Shown: positions 16,365 to 24,848, counted from the stretch's first letter. The stretch is DNA of 46,616 bases from Candidatus Levyibacteriota bacterium (GCA_018061205.1 JAGOUP010000001.1:1-46616), one strand, 5' to 3'. Made by a program: numbers and translations. Notes: a model not told the origin generated them from the letters alone.

Positions 16365-17716
16365 CATAAATTTTTCTCCAGCTCCCCCCATCCGATATCT
16401 GTTCGGAAATGTAAGTTATTCCCCTCAATATATATCATGGACATTGCTGCATACGCAAGTTGTCTTGCTTCTTTGATATCTTTTCCTTCAGCCATGACAT
16501 GAAAGAGTCTTCCTCCATTTGCAAAAAACTTCTTTCCTTTTCTTTTTACTCCGGCTCCATAGATTGTTACTCCAGAAATCTTCATAGCTTCTTCCAGTCC
16601 AAAAATTTCCTTACCAATTGTTTTTTTATAATCACCCGGATATCCAAATGAAACTCCACAGACACTCAATCGTTTTTTGTTATCGGACACAATTTTTAAT
16701 TTTGAAAGTTTTTTATGGATGACTGCGTTGACGATATCAACATAATCATTTTTGATAGCAGGAACTAATACTTCGGTTTCTGGATCTCCCCATCTTGCAT
16801 TAAATTCAATTACTTTGACACCGCTGGTTGTGAGCATGCCACCGAGATATAATACCCCTGAGTAAGGTCTATTTTCTTTTTGCATACCTATCATAAAAGG
16901 CTGCAAGATTTTTTCCTCCACTTCTTTTATGACGATTGGTGTAATTATTTGGGGATTTGATACACATCCCATGCCGCCAGTATTGAGACCTTTATTTTTG
17001 TTATACACTGTCTTATGATCTTGTGCAGATCCGATAATTGTATACTCTTTTCCATCGCACAGAGCAAAAAGAGAAAATTCTGAACCTTTGAGTTCTTGCT
17101 CTATAACAAATGTATCGCCTGATTTCCCAAACTCTTTCATTCCGTTGATGGCATCAATAGCTTGCTGTTTATTCTCAGATCGAATGACACCTTTTCCCCC
17201 AGCAAGACCTGCTGCTTTAATAAAAAGTACTAAATTTTTGTCATTCTGGAGCGAAGCGATAGAATCTTTTTTATATAACTTATTTACATAGGTTATTGCT
17301 TTGTTAGCATCCGAAAACGTTTCGTATTGTGGAATAGGCAATTGATATTTTTTCATAAAATCTCTCGCCCATGCTTTATCCCATTCTATTTGAGCGGCTT
17401 TTTTTGTTGGCCCAAAAGTTGCTATATTTTCCTCAGTAAATTTATCGACGTACCCTGCCCCTATGATGTCATCTTGAGAAACATCAACAAAATCTATCTT
17501 TTCTTGTTTACAGATTTTTAATACTGATTTAAAATCCCCAACAGCAACATCCGGATAATTTTTTATTTTTCTGTCAAGTCCTGAGCTTGTCGAAGGATTA
17601 TAATCAGTTAATCCGTTGCCGGGGATCATGATAATTTTTTTGACTTTCTTGCTCTTACTATATGCTTGGGCCAATGCATGTTCTCTTCCATTACCAGTGA
17701 GAATCAAAATATTCAT
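16364..17716 (-). CDS. purD: phosphoribosylamine-glycine ligase
   Basis: 450 aa. GNGREHAL, AAGLAGGKGV and ATP-grasp blocks. Two repeat-derived in-frame inserts. Confidence 0.9.
   Translation of the reverse strand: MNILILTGNGREHALAQAYSKSKKVKKIIMIPGNGLTDYNPSTSSGLDRKIKNYPDVAVGDFKSVLKICKQEKIDFVDVSQDDIIGAGYVDKFTEENIATFGPTKKAAQIEWDKAWARDFMKKYQLPIPQYETFSDANKAITYVNKLYKKDSIASLQNDKNLVLFIKAAGLAGGKGVIRSENKQQAIDAINGMKEFGKSGDTFVIEQELKGSEFSLFALCDGKEYTIIGSAQDHKTVYNKNKGLNTGGMGCVSNPQIITPIVIKEVEEKILQPFMIGMQKENRPYSGVLYLGGMLTTSGVKVIEFNARWGDPETEVLVPAIKNDYVDIVNAVIHKKLSKLKIVSDNKKRLSVCGVSFGYPGDYKKTIGKEIFGLEEAMKISGVTIYGAGVKRKGKKFFANGGRLFHVMAEGKDIKEARQLAYAAMSMIYIEGNNLHFRTDIGWGELEKNL
17239..17266. repeat. single-hairpin element variant inside purD
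   Basis: tgtcattctggagcgaagcgatagaatc. Translated in frame as DSIASLQND. Confidence 0.7.
17572..17598. repeat. tcctgagcttgtcgaagga hairpin inside purD
   Basis: tgtcaagtcctgagcttgtcgaaggat. Translated in frame as NPSTSSGLD. Confidence 0.7.
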
Positions 17717-19734
17717 AACGTAGATAATTTCTGCAACGCTTCAATGTAGAGAGCGTTTTCTTTCTTTTTTAAACGTGCATACAAAGAATCCACTGTGTCA
17801 TCTTTTTTTATTTTTTCAAATGTTCTACCCAACACAGGTCCAAAATCAACTTCTTTGGTGAGAAAGTGAATTGTCGATCCAGCATAGGTTGCACGATTAT
17901 CCAAAAAATTTTGTAGTGCTTTATTCGTGAACTTTTTTTTATTCCACAATCCTTTTGTTCCATCAGGATTTTTCACAACACCATCAATCGTATCGGGAAT
18001 GAGCCCTGGATGAAGATTAAGTATTTGATTGGAAAATATTTCTAATACCTCAGATGACAAAAATTGTTTCCATCCTGTGAGAACAATATAATCAACAGTG
18101 TGTTTTTTTAAAAGTTTTACTAGAGAACCTTTTTCTGTATTAATTTCTGTTGGAATACGATGTTTTTTTGCGCGAACGAGTCCAAATGCATCTTTCTCAT
18201 CACTGATAACCACAGCAATTTTAGCGTTAATTTTTTTATTTTCAATCCCATCAATAATTGCTTGCAAGTTTGTTCCGCTTCCTTTGTTTGAGACAAGCAC
18301 AGCAAGTCTTGGCTTATGAGAAAAAGTGGGAATGACCTGCATCACTTTTGCCCCTTTCAGTTTTTTGATATTACTTCCTATATCTATTGGATACTCTCCA
18401 GTAAAACAGGAAGTACAGAAAAGATCCTCTGGCAATTCAGTTGCGTTGATCAATCCTGACAGGGAAAGGTAATAGAGTGAATCAGCGCCAATAAAGTCTT
18501 TCACTTGCGTGACTGATCTGTGTGATGCAATGAGTTCTTTTTGTGTTGGCGTATTAATACCATAAAAATCAGGAAACTTGACGGGTGGACTGCTACTAAT
18601 GACATGCACTTCTTTCGCTCCTGCATCTCGCATCATCATCACGAGTTTTTTTGATGTTGTTCCCCTTACAATTGAATCATCAACCAATATTACTCGTTTC
18701 CCAGCAATAAGTTCTTTTATTGGATTGAGTTTCATTTGTACACTTCTATCTCGCATTTTTTGATCCGGCATAATAAAGGTTCTACCGATATATCTATTTT
18801 TTGTGAGTGCATGATCACAGGGAAGACCCAATGCTCTGGCATAACCTACTGCTGCAGGAATTGAAGAATCAGGAACTGGGATTACAACATCAGCTTTTAT
18901 CGGATATTCTTTTGCCAATTCTCTTCCTAAATTTTCTCGTACTTTATACACATTTTTTCCAAGCAACATACTATCAGGTCTCGCAAAATAAACCATTTCA
19001 AAAATATCGAGCTTTTGATTCGCCGTGGCAAATTGATATGAGTGGAGTCCTTTTTCATCAACTACTACCATTTCTCCAGGATTTACTTCTCGGATATAGG
19101 TTGCATTTACCATATCAAGCGCACATGTCTCAGATGCAAAAATATATCCACCGTTTAGTTTTCCAATACAAAGTGGCCTGATACCAAAAGGATCTCTTAT
19201 TGCTGCTAGTTTGTTTTTGCTCATAACCAGCATGGAATATGCACCTGTAAAAAGTGGAAGTGATTCTAAAATTGCATCTTCAAGGGTATATTTTTTAACC
19301 AAATAATACTTGATGAGCATATGCATCAGTTCTGAGTCATTGCTTCCTTTGATATGGATACCCAGTGTTGAAAGAAATCTCGCTAGTTTTGTTGTTGTTG
19401 GAAGATTACCATTATGAGCTAAAGCGATGCTATCGTTTTTGGTGACCACTGGTTGTATATGTTCTGGACTGGTTCCACCGGAGGTTGCATAGCGATTATG
19501 TCCAATTGCCATATCTCCTTTTAGTTTTTTCAGAACATCTTCAGAATAGACTTGTGTAACGAGTCCGGATCCTTTATGGAAAGACAACTGTTTTCTATTG
19601 CTGCTGACAATACCTGAACATTCCTGTCCTCTATGCTGCAATGCAAAAAGACCAAAATAGGTAAGCCTCGCAGCATCCATACCCTTTCCAAAAACTCCAA
19701 AAACCGCACACTTTTCCCTTAATTCGTAATTCAT
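17713..19734 (-). CDS. purF: bifunctional amidophosphoribosyltransferase / GAR formyltransferase (PurF-PurN fusion)
   Basis: 673 aa. N-terminal Ntn-GATase with CAVFGVFG after an 8-aa propeptide, PRTase loop VILVDDSIVRGTT, CTSCFTGEYP. The C-terminal ~195 aa show PurN blocks (SGTNLQAIIDGI, NLHPGLIP, GSTIHFLTKEVDFGPV). Confidence 0.85.
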   Translation of the reverse strand: MNYELREKCAVFGVFGKGMDAARLTYFGLFALQHRGQECSGIVSSNRKQLSFHKGSGLVTQVYSEDVLKKLKGDMAIGHNRYATSGGTSPEHIQPVVTKNDSIALAHNGNLPTTTKLARFLSTLGIHIKGSNDSELMHMLIKYYLVKKYTLEDAILESLPLFTGAYSMLVMSKNKLAAIRDPFGIRPLCIGKLNGGYIFASETCALDMVNATYIREVNPGEMVVVDEKGLHSYQFATANQKLDIFEMVYFARPDSMLLGKNVYKVRENLGRELAKEYPIKADVVIPVPDSSIPAAVGYARALGLPCDHALTKNRYIGRTFIMPDQKMRDRSVQMKLNPIKELIAGKRVILVDDSIVRGTTSKKLVMMMRDAGAKEVHVISSSPPVKFPDFYGINTPTQKELIASHRSVTQVKDFIGADSLYYLSLSGLINATELPEDLFCTSCFTGEYPIDIGSNIKKLKGAKVMQVIPTFSHKPRLAVLVSNKGSGTNLQAIIDGIENKKINAKIAVVISDEKDAFGLVRAKKHRIPTEINTEKGSLVKLLKKHTVDYIVLTGWKQFLSSEVLEIFSNQILNLHPGLIPDTIDGVVKNPDGTKGLWNKKKFTNKALQNFLDNRATYAGSTIHFLTKEVDFGPVLGRTFEKIKKDDTVDSLYARLKKKENALYIEALQKLSTL
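19718..19734 (-). repeat. aattacgaattaagg motif forming the first codons of purF
   Basis: ATGAATTACGAATTAAGGGAA = MNYELRE. A 19-nt match to the purL-internal copy. Confidence 0.8.
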
Positions 19735-19745
19735 AATACTTACCT

Positions 19746-19812
19746 TGTCATCCTGAACTTGTTTCAGGATCTAGTTTTATATATGAGATGCTGAAATAAA
19801 TTCAGCATGACA
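19746..19812 (+). repeat. double-hairpin mini-element, copy 3 (overlaps the purC 3' end)
   Basis: tgtcatcctgaacttgtttcaggatct-N13-agatgctgaaataaattcagcatgaca. Both arms are identical to the purK-internal copy. Confidence 0.9.
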
Positions 19813-20763
19813 GTTGTGAATGATTCTCTCCTCAATCGGATATGAAAATTTTTTGAACGTTTTTCCAGTGAGCTTTTCATAGACTCCTATATATCGTTTT
19901 GCTAGCGCAACGATGAGTTCTTGTGTCATCTTGGGAGGTTTTCCTTCTCCTGTATAGCCCTTGTTTGCATACCAGAGTCGCAAGAATTCTTTATCAAAGT
20001 TTTCTGGTTCCATCCCTTTTGCGATACGTTTTTTGTATGTTTTAGCGATCCAAAAACGAGATGAATCAGGGGTATGTATTTCATCCATCAGCATCAACTG
20101 ACCTTTTTCATCCAAGCCAAATTCATATTTTGTATCAACCAAAATTAGTCCTCGTTTTTCTGCCAGCTTGCTGCCAAAGGAAAAAAGCTCCAATGCTGCT
20201 TGTTCCATTTGTTCATATATTTTTTTACTAATGAGCTTTTTATCTACGATTTCTTTTTTTGTAAGTCTTTCATCATGACCATCTTTTCCTCCTCCATGTG
20301 TTGTTGGCGTGATAATAGGAGTTGGAAGTTTGTCATTTTTGTTGAGTCCATCGGGAAATGAAACGCCATAAATAGTTCTTTCTCCTTGTTGATAGGAATA
20401 CCAAATAGATGTTTTGGTAACGCCACTCATATATCCGCGAACAATCATCTCAATAGGTATAGGCGTGAGATTTCGGGCAATCGTCACATTTGGATCTGGA
20501 ACAGCAATCATATGGTTTGGGATGATATGTTTTGTTTTTGAAAACCAAAATGCGGCGAGCATATTGAGAACTGCGCCTTTATAGGGAATCGTTCCTAGCA
20601 CAAAATCAAATGCTGATTGCCTATCTGTTGTGATGATTATTCTTTTGTCGTTTTGTATATAGAAATCTCTGACTTTTCCTTGCTGTTTTTTTCCTGCACG
20701 TTTGAGGTCTAGTGTTTCTAAACAATTTGGTATGGTAGTAAGAATTGTTTTTGTCTGGAGCAT
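19777..20763 (-). CDS. purC: SAICAR synthetase
   Basis: 328 aa (long form). GKVRDFY, LILVDTKYEFG, DEIHTPDSSRFW blocks. The last 11 codons and the stop lie in a dispersed repeat. Confidence 0.9.
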   Translation of the reverse strand: MLQTKTILTTIPNCLETLDLKRAGKKQQGKVRDFYIQNDKRIIITTDRQSAFDFVLGTIPYKGAVLNMLAAFWFSKTKHIIPNHMIAVPDPNVTIARNLTPIPIEMIVRGYMSGVTKTSIWYSYQQGERTIYGVSFPDGLNKNDKLPTPIITPTTHGGGKDGHDERLTKKEIVDKKLISKKIYEQMEQAALELFSFGSKLAEKRGLILVDTKYEFGLDEKGQLMLMDEIHTPDSSRFWIAKTYKKRIAKGMEPENFDKEFLRLWYANKGYTGEGKPPKMTQELIVALAKRYIGVYEKLTGKTFKKFSYPIEERIIHNCHAEFISASHI

Positions 20764-20806
20764 ATGATATTCCTATGAAGAAAAATAAAAATAATATATC
20801 ACGCAC

Positions 20807-20834
20807 AAAGCTTTACTTTGCAAAGTAAAGCTTT
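20807..20834. repeat. perfect 28-bp palindrome aaagctttactttg|caaagtaaagcttt
   Basis: Lies between the purE stop and the purC start. Has the ACTTT/AAAGT core shared with four other hairpins. Confidence 0.8.
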
Positions 20835-20851
20835 AGGGCGCCTCATTATTC

Positions 20852-21379
20852 TTACGTTTTCATCATTTTTGCTAAATATTTTTTATGTCCGTCTCTTTCT
20901 AAATTGTTTGATTTTTCAGTAATTGTTCGATCTAAATTTAGCATATATGCATTTATTGCGTCCATAAGATTTTTATCACTGATCGCGAGAATTTTTGCTG
21001 CCAAAATTCCTGCATTTTTTGCACCATTGATTGCCATAGTTGCAACAGGAATACCAGGTGGCATTTGTACAATTGAGAGGAGTGAATCCATACCATCCAG
21101 ACTTTTTGATTTTATGGGAACACCAATCACAGGGAGGGGAGTCAGTGATGCTGTTATACCAGGAAGATGTGCCGCGCCACCTGCTGCCGCAATAATTATT
21201 TGTAGTCCTCGTTCTTTTGCAGTTGTTGCATATGTATACATCCTTTTTGGTGTTCTATGTGCAGAAACGATAGTGACTTCGAAGGGGATAGAAAAGTCTT
21301 CAAGAATTGTTATAGCATCTTGCATGACAGGAAGATCTGAATCAGAGCCCATTATGATGCCAACAAGAGGAGTTGTCAT
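20852..21379 (-). CDS. purE: N5-CAIR mutase
   Basis: 175 aa. [19 protein letters not shown] and AGGAAHLPG motifs. A purK gene is nearby, so class I. Confidence 0.9.
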   Translation of the reverse strand: MTTPLVGIIMGSDSDLPVMQDAITILEDFSIPFEVTIVSAHRTPKRMYTYATTAKERGLQIIIAAAGGAAHLPGITASLTPLPVIGVPIKSKSLDGMDSLLSIVQMPPGIPVATMAINGAKNAGILAAKILAISDKNLMDAINAYMLNLDRTITEKSNNLERDGHKKYLAKMMKT

Positions 21380-21448
21380 GCGTATACAAATTTATACCAC
21401 ATTTCTTTTTAAATAGAAAGATATCGTTTTGCTCGGTGTAATTTATTT

Positions 21449-21654
21449 GTGGTTCCCGCCATTAGGAGCACGCGTTTATCCTGAGCTTGCCGAAGGATTA
21501 AAGAAATGTGTCGAGTGAGCGTGAAAAAAAGAGATAGGCGGAGCGAATGCATATGAGCGCAGTCCGTCTTTTTAGCGAACGAGAACACATTTCTAGCGAG
21601 CGCACGCTGGCGAATGTTTTTGGTACTTTTACGCTAAAAGTACAAGAAAGAAAA
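21449..21654 (+). repeat. composite repeat family C, copy 3 (with nested hairpin)
   Basis: Fills the purK-purE spacer and abuts the purK stop codon. Confidence 0.8.
21477..21498. repeat. tcctgagcttgccgaagga hairpin nested in composite repeat copy 3
   Basis: Present only in copy 3 of the 150-200 bp repeat. Flanked by TTA on both sides. Confidence 0.8.
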
Positions 21655-21656
21655 TT

Positions 21657-22859
21657 TTAGATACTAATTAGTCTTCTAGCTTTTTTTACTCTTTTCAAAC
21701 ATATTTCAAGTGATGGACCAATACTTGTTATATGTCCCATTTTTCTCTCCATTTTCGTTTCTGCTTTTCCATACATATGGATGCTGACTCCTGGGATTTT
21801 GAGAGCTTCTTCTAGTCCTTTTATTTTTGCTGTTCCATTTCGTTCTCCTAAAATATTTATCATCACAGCAGCAGGGGTTTTCATGAGAGTTCTCCCTAAC
21901 GGTAAACCTGTTACTGCCCGAATATGTTGTTCAAACTGTGATGTGATAGATGACTCTATCGTTACATGGCCACTATTATGAACTCTGGGTGCAATTTCAT
22001 TCACCAAAATTTGAGCTTGCCCTGAGCTTGTTGAATGAGTCAGGAACATCTCTATTCCAAAAACACCTGCACCTTTGAGGTGCTGCATTACTTTTTTTGC
22101 CAAGCTTTCGGCTTTTTTGCTGAGTGGTTTACTGATAGGTGCTGGAGCGAGTACTGTTTGTAAAATATTATTTTTGTGAATCGTTTCAACAACAGGAAAT
22201 GTTTTGATTTTACCAGTGAGACTTCTGACTGCAATAATCGCCAATTCTTTTTCAAAGGGGATAAATTTTTCAACATACAACTCATTACCTTTCAGTTTTT
22301 CTAACCCTTTTGTAATATCATTTTGAGTTTTAACAACAAAATTTCCCCTCCCATCATAAGCACCAGTTTTTGCTTTAAGGAGGAAAGGATAATTGATTCT
22401 CTTTGCTATTTTTTTGATGTCATCCTGAACTTGTTTCAGGATCTCTACATTGCTTTTTTTAGATGCTGAAATAAATTCAGCATGACAAGAAGGTATGTCC
22501 ACAAATTCAGCAACAGGAATTCCTGCTTTTTTCAGAAAGACTTTTTGTTCATATTTATCTTTTATCATTCGGAGTGTTTGCGGAGAAGGGTTCACTGTAA
22601 TCCCTTTTTGTTTTATTTCTTCCAAAAGCTCCGGGTTGGCCAATTCCCAGTCGAAAGTCATAAAGTCTGAAAGATGTGCCAATTCCCACATTGCTTTTTC
22701 ATCATTTAAATCAGCAACAATCTGTTTATCCGCGAGTTGTCCAGCAGGTGATTTTGGTGTCGGATCCAAAATTGTAACGGTAAAACCTAGGTGTTTGGCA
22801 GAAGGGATCAGCATACGGGCGAGCTGTCCACCACCAACAATACCTATTCTATTTTTCAT
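21657..22859 (-). CDS. purK: N5-CAIR synthetase
   Basis: ATP-grasp fold. IGIVGGGQLARML, AKTGAYDGRGNF, NEIAPRVHNSGH. Start moved to ATG 22859 (MKNRIGIVGGGQ). Contains a 70-bp repeat element read in frame. Confidence 0.9.
   Translation of the reverse strand: MKNRIGIVGGGQLARMLIPSAKHLGFTVTILDPTPKSPAGQLADKQIVADLNDEKAMWELAHLSDFMTFDWELANPELLEEIKQKGITVNPSPQTLRMIKDKYEQKVFLKKAGIPVAEFVDIPSCHAEFISASKKSNVEILKQVQDDIKKIAKRINYPFLLKAKTGAYDGRGNFVVKTQNDITKGLEKLKGNELYVEKFIPFEKELAIIAVRSLTGKIKTFPVVETIHKNNILQTVLAPAPISKPLSKKAESLAKKVMQHLKGAGVFGIEMFLTHSTSSGQAQILVNEIAPRVHNSGHVTIESSITSQFEQHIRAVTGLPLGRTLMKTPAAVMINILGERNGTAKIKGLEEALKIPGVSIHMYGKAETKMERKMGHITSIGPSLEICLKRVKKARRLISI
22011..22042. repeat. degenerate gagcttg-type hairpin remnant inside purK
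   Basis: ttgagcttgccctgagcttgttgaatgag. Translated as HSTSSGQAQ, the same STSSG frame as in purD. Confidence 0.45.
22418..22487 (+). repeat. double-hairpin mini-element, copy 4 (entirely inside purK)
   Basis: tgtcatcctgaacttgtttcaggatct-N16-agatgctgaaataaattcagcatgaca. Read through in frame. Confidence 0.9.
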
Positions 22860-24258
22860 GAAGTGATTTTTGCGTTTTTCGTATGTTTTCAATACCACTT
22901 TTTGTTAGTTGTGTGGCTAGCCCTATATATGTTTGTGGTGAGAGTGTTTGCAGACGTTTTTTACCATCATCCGAAATTGCCAATCCATTTACCCATGTTT
23001 TCCATTCATTTTGAGAAATATGTTTTCCTCGTGTGAGTGTTGCAATGAGTGAGTATGGATCTGAAACACCATTGCTGCGCAACAGTGTTTGGACACCTTC
23101 GGATAGTATTGTCCAATCTTTTTGGAGATCTTTTGTGATTTTTTCTTCATTCACTGAAATTCGAGACAACCCCGTCAGGATACTTTTATATCCAACCATC
23201 GAGTACCCAAAAATCACACCGATGTTACGCATTACTGTGCTATCCGATAAATCTCTTTGTAGTCGAGAGATAGGGAGTTTTCGAGCCATGTATTCAGCAA
23301 TAGTATTTGCCATTCCCAGATTTCCTTCACTATTCTCAAAATCTATTGGATTTACTTTTTGTGGCATTGTTGACGATCCAACCTCACCTTTTTTAGCCGT
23401 TTGCACGAACCATTCATCACTGATATATCGCCACATATCTTGATTAAAATCCAACAGGATACTATTGATTCTTTGATAATTTTGAAGATATGAAGCGATG
23501 TCTTCATAGGTATTTATTTGCGTCGTTAATAGATTTGGTTCCAGTTCTAATGAGCGAATAAAGTTTTCAGAGAATTCGATCCAGTTCACATCAGGATATG
23601 TAAATACTACTGCATTAAAATTCCCAACTGCACCGGAGAGTTTTCCATCCAGCTTTTTTCCAGATAGTTCAGTCGTTTGTTTTTGTAATCGATTTGCAAA
23701 AACCATGAGTTCTTTTCCAACAGTTGTTGGAACAGCTGCTTGTCCGTGAGTTCGGGCCAGCATAGGGAGTGATGCATATTTTTCTGCCCAGTCAGTGAGT
23801 GTTGTGATGATGGTATTGAGTGTCGGCGTGAGTACTATTCTTGTTGCACGTTTGATCATGAGACGGTAAGAGAGATTATTCACATCTTCTGAGGTGAGTC
23901 CAAAATGAATCCATTCAGTGAGATCTTCTAATGTTGTTCCTTTGAGCATATGGCGAAATGCTCGTTCCATAGCTTTGACATCATGACGTGTTTCTCTCTC
24001 AATAGTTTTGACACTTTCACAGTCCTCAAGAGAGAGAGATGGACCAAAATTTTTTAATACATGTTCTTCTTCTTTTGTTATTTTTCGAATGATTCTGCCT
24101 TCTGATAATGCAATCAGATAGAGTGCTTCTACTTCCATCCGAGTTTTTATCAAAGCATATTCAGAAACAAACGGTACGAGGTCTAGTGTTTTTTCTCGAT
24201 ACCTTCCATCCAAGGGATTGGTAGTTGTTAATTCAGTAAGAGGTAATGATTGATTCAT
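22849..24258 (-). CDS. purB: adenylosuccinate lyase
   Basis: 469 aa. Fumarate-lyase family signature GSSTMPQKVNP. PurB-type N-terminus PLDGRY. Confidence 0.9.
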   Translation of the reverse strand: MNQSLPLTELTTTNPLDGRYREKTLDLVPFVSEYALIKTRMEVEALYLIALSEGRIIRKITKEEEHVLKNFGPSLSLEDCESVKTIERETRHDVKAMERAFRHMLKGTTLEDLTEWIHFGLTSEDVNNLSYRLMIKRATRIVLTPTLNTIITTLTDWAEKYASLPMLARTHGQAAVPTTVGKELMVFANRLQKQTTELSGKKLDGKLSGAVGNFNAVVFTYPDVNWIEFSENFIRSLELEPNLLTTQINTYEDIASYLQNYQRINSILLDFNQDMWRYISDEWFVQTAKKGEVGSSTMPQKVNPIDFENSEGNLGMANTIAEYMARKLPISRLQRDLSDSTVMRNIGVIFGYSMVGYKSILTGLSRISVNEEKITKDLQKDWTILSEGVQTLLRSNGVSDPYSLIATLTRGKHISQNEWKTWVNGLAISDDGKKRLQTLSPQTYIGLATQLTKSGIENIRKTQKSLHEK

Positions 24259-24848
24259 AAAACGTTTACGCCGAATTTTTTTAGCGATGGGATGATTTTA
24301 CTCAATGGTAATCCCACTACATTATAGAAATCTCCATCAATATGTTCAAGGAGTACTGCCCCAATTCCTTGGACACCATACCCTCCTGCTTTGTCCATTG
24401 GTTTTTCTATTTTGAGATATGTTTTTATTTCTGCATCACCCAGTTTTCGAAAGGTAACTTTTGTTTCCACAGAATCGGTATGTGTTTTTTTGAGTTTATT
24501 ATCCAAAAGGGTAAAACCAGTGATAACACTATGTGTTTTTCCTTGCAGTTTTTTTATCATACGTCGAGCATCATCCATATTTCTTGGTTTACCCAAAATC
24601 TCTCCCTTACTATCTATAATCGTATCAGCTGCGATGATAATAGCATCTGGATATTTTATTGCCACCGTTTGCGCTTTTTCTAAAGAAAGCTCTTCTGCTT
24701 GGCCTTTTGGTTTGAGTCGAGGATTGAGTTTTTCCTCGATATTACTTGGGACAGTCGTAAAAGATAATCCTATTTGTTCCAAAAGTTTTTTCCGTCTCGG
24801 TGATTGCGATGCTAAAATAATCTGCCTCATATCTTTCTCCCTTGTCAT
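24255..24848 (-). CDS. maf: Maf-like nucleoside triphosphate pyrophosphatase
   Basis: 197 aa. ILASQSPRRKKLL, IIAADT, KAGGYGIQ-like (KAGGYGVQG) motifs. The first ATG lies in a repeat hairpin, so ATG 24830 (MRQIILASQSPRR) is an equally good start. Confidence 0.85.
   Translation of the reverse strand: MTREKDMRQIILASQSPRRKKLLEQIGLSFTTVPSNIEEKLNPRLKPKGQAEELSLEKAQTVAIKYPDAIIIAADTIIDSKGEILGKPRNMDDARRMIKKLQGKTHSVITGFTLLDNKLKKTHTDSVETKVTFRKLGDAEIKTYLKIEKPMDKAGGYGVQGIGAVLLEHIDGDFYNVVGLPLSKIIPSLKKFGVNVL

Noticed and set aside
20904-21416. 170-aa plus-strand ORF covering purE
   Set aside because: Antisense shadow of purE, which has clear family motifs. The plus-strand product has none.
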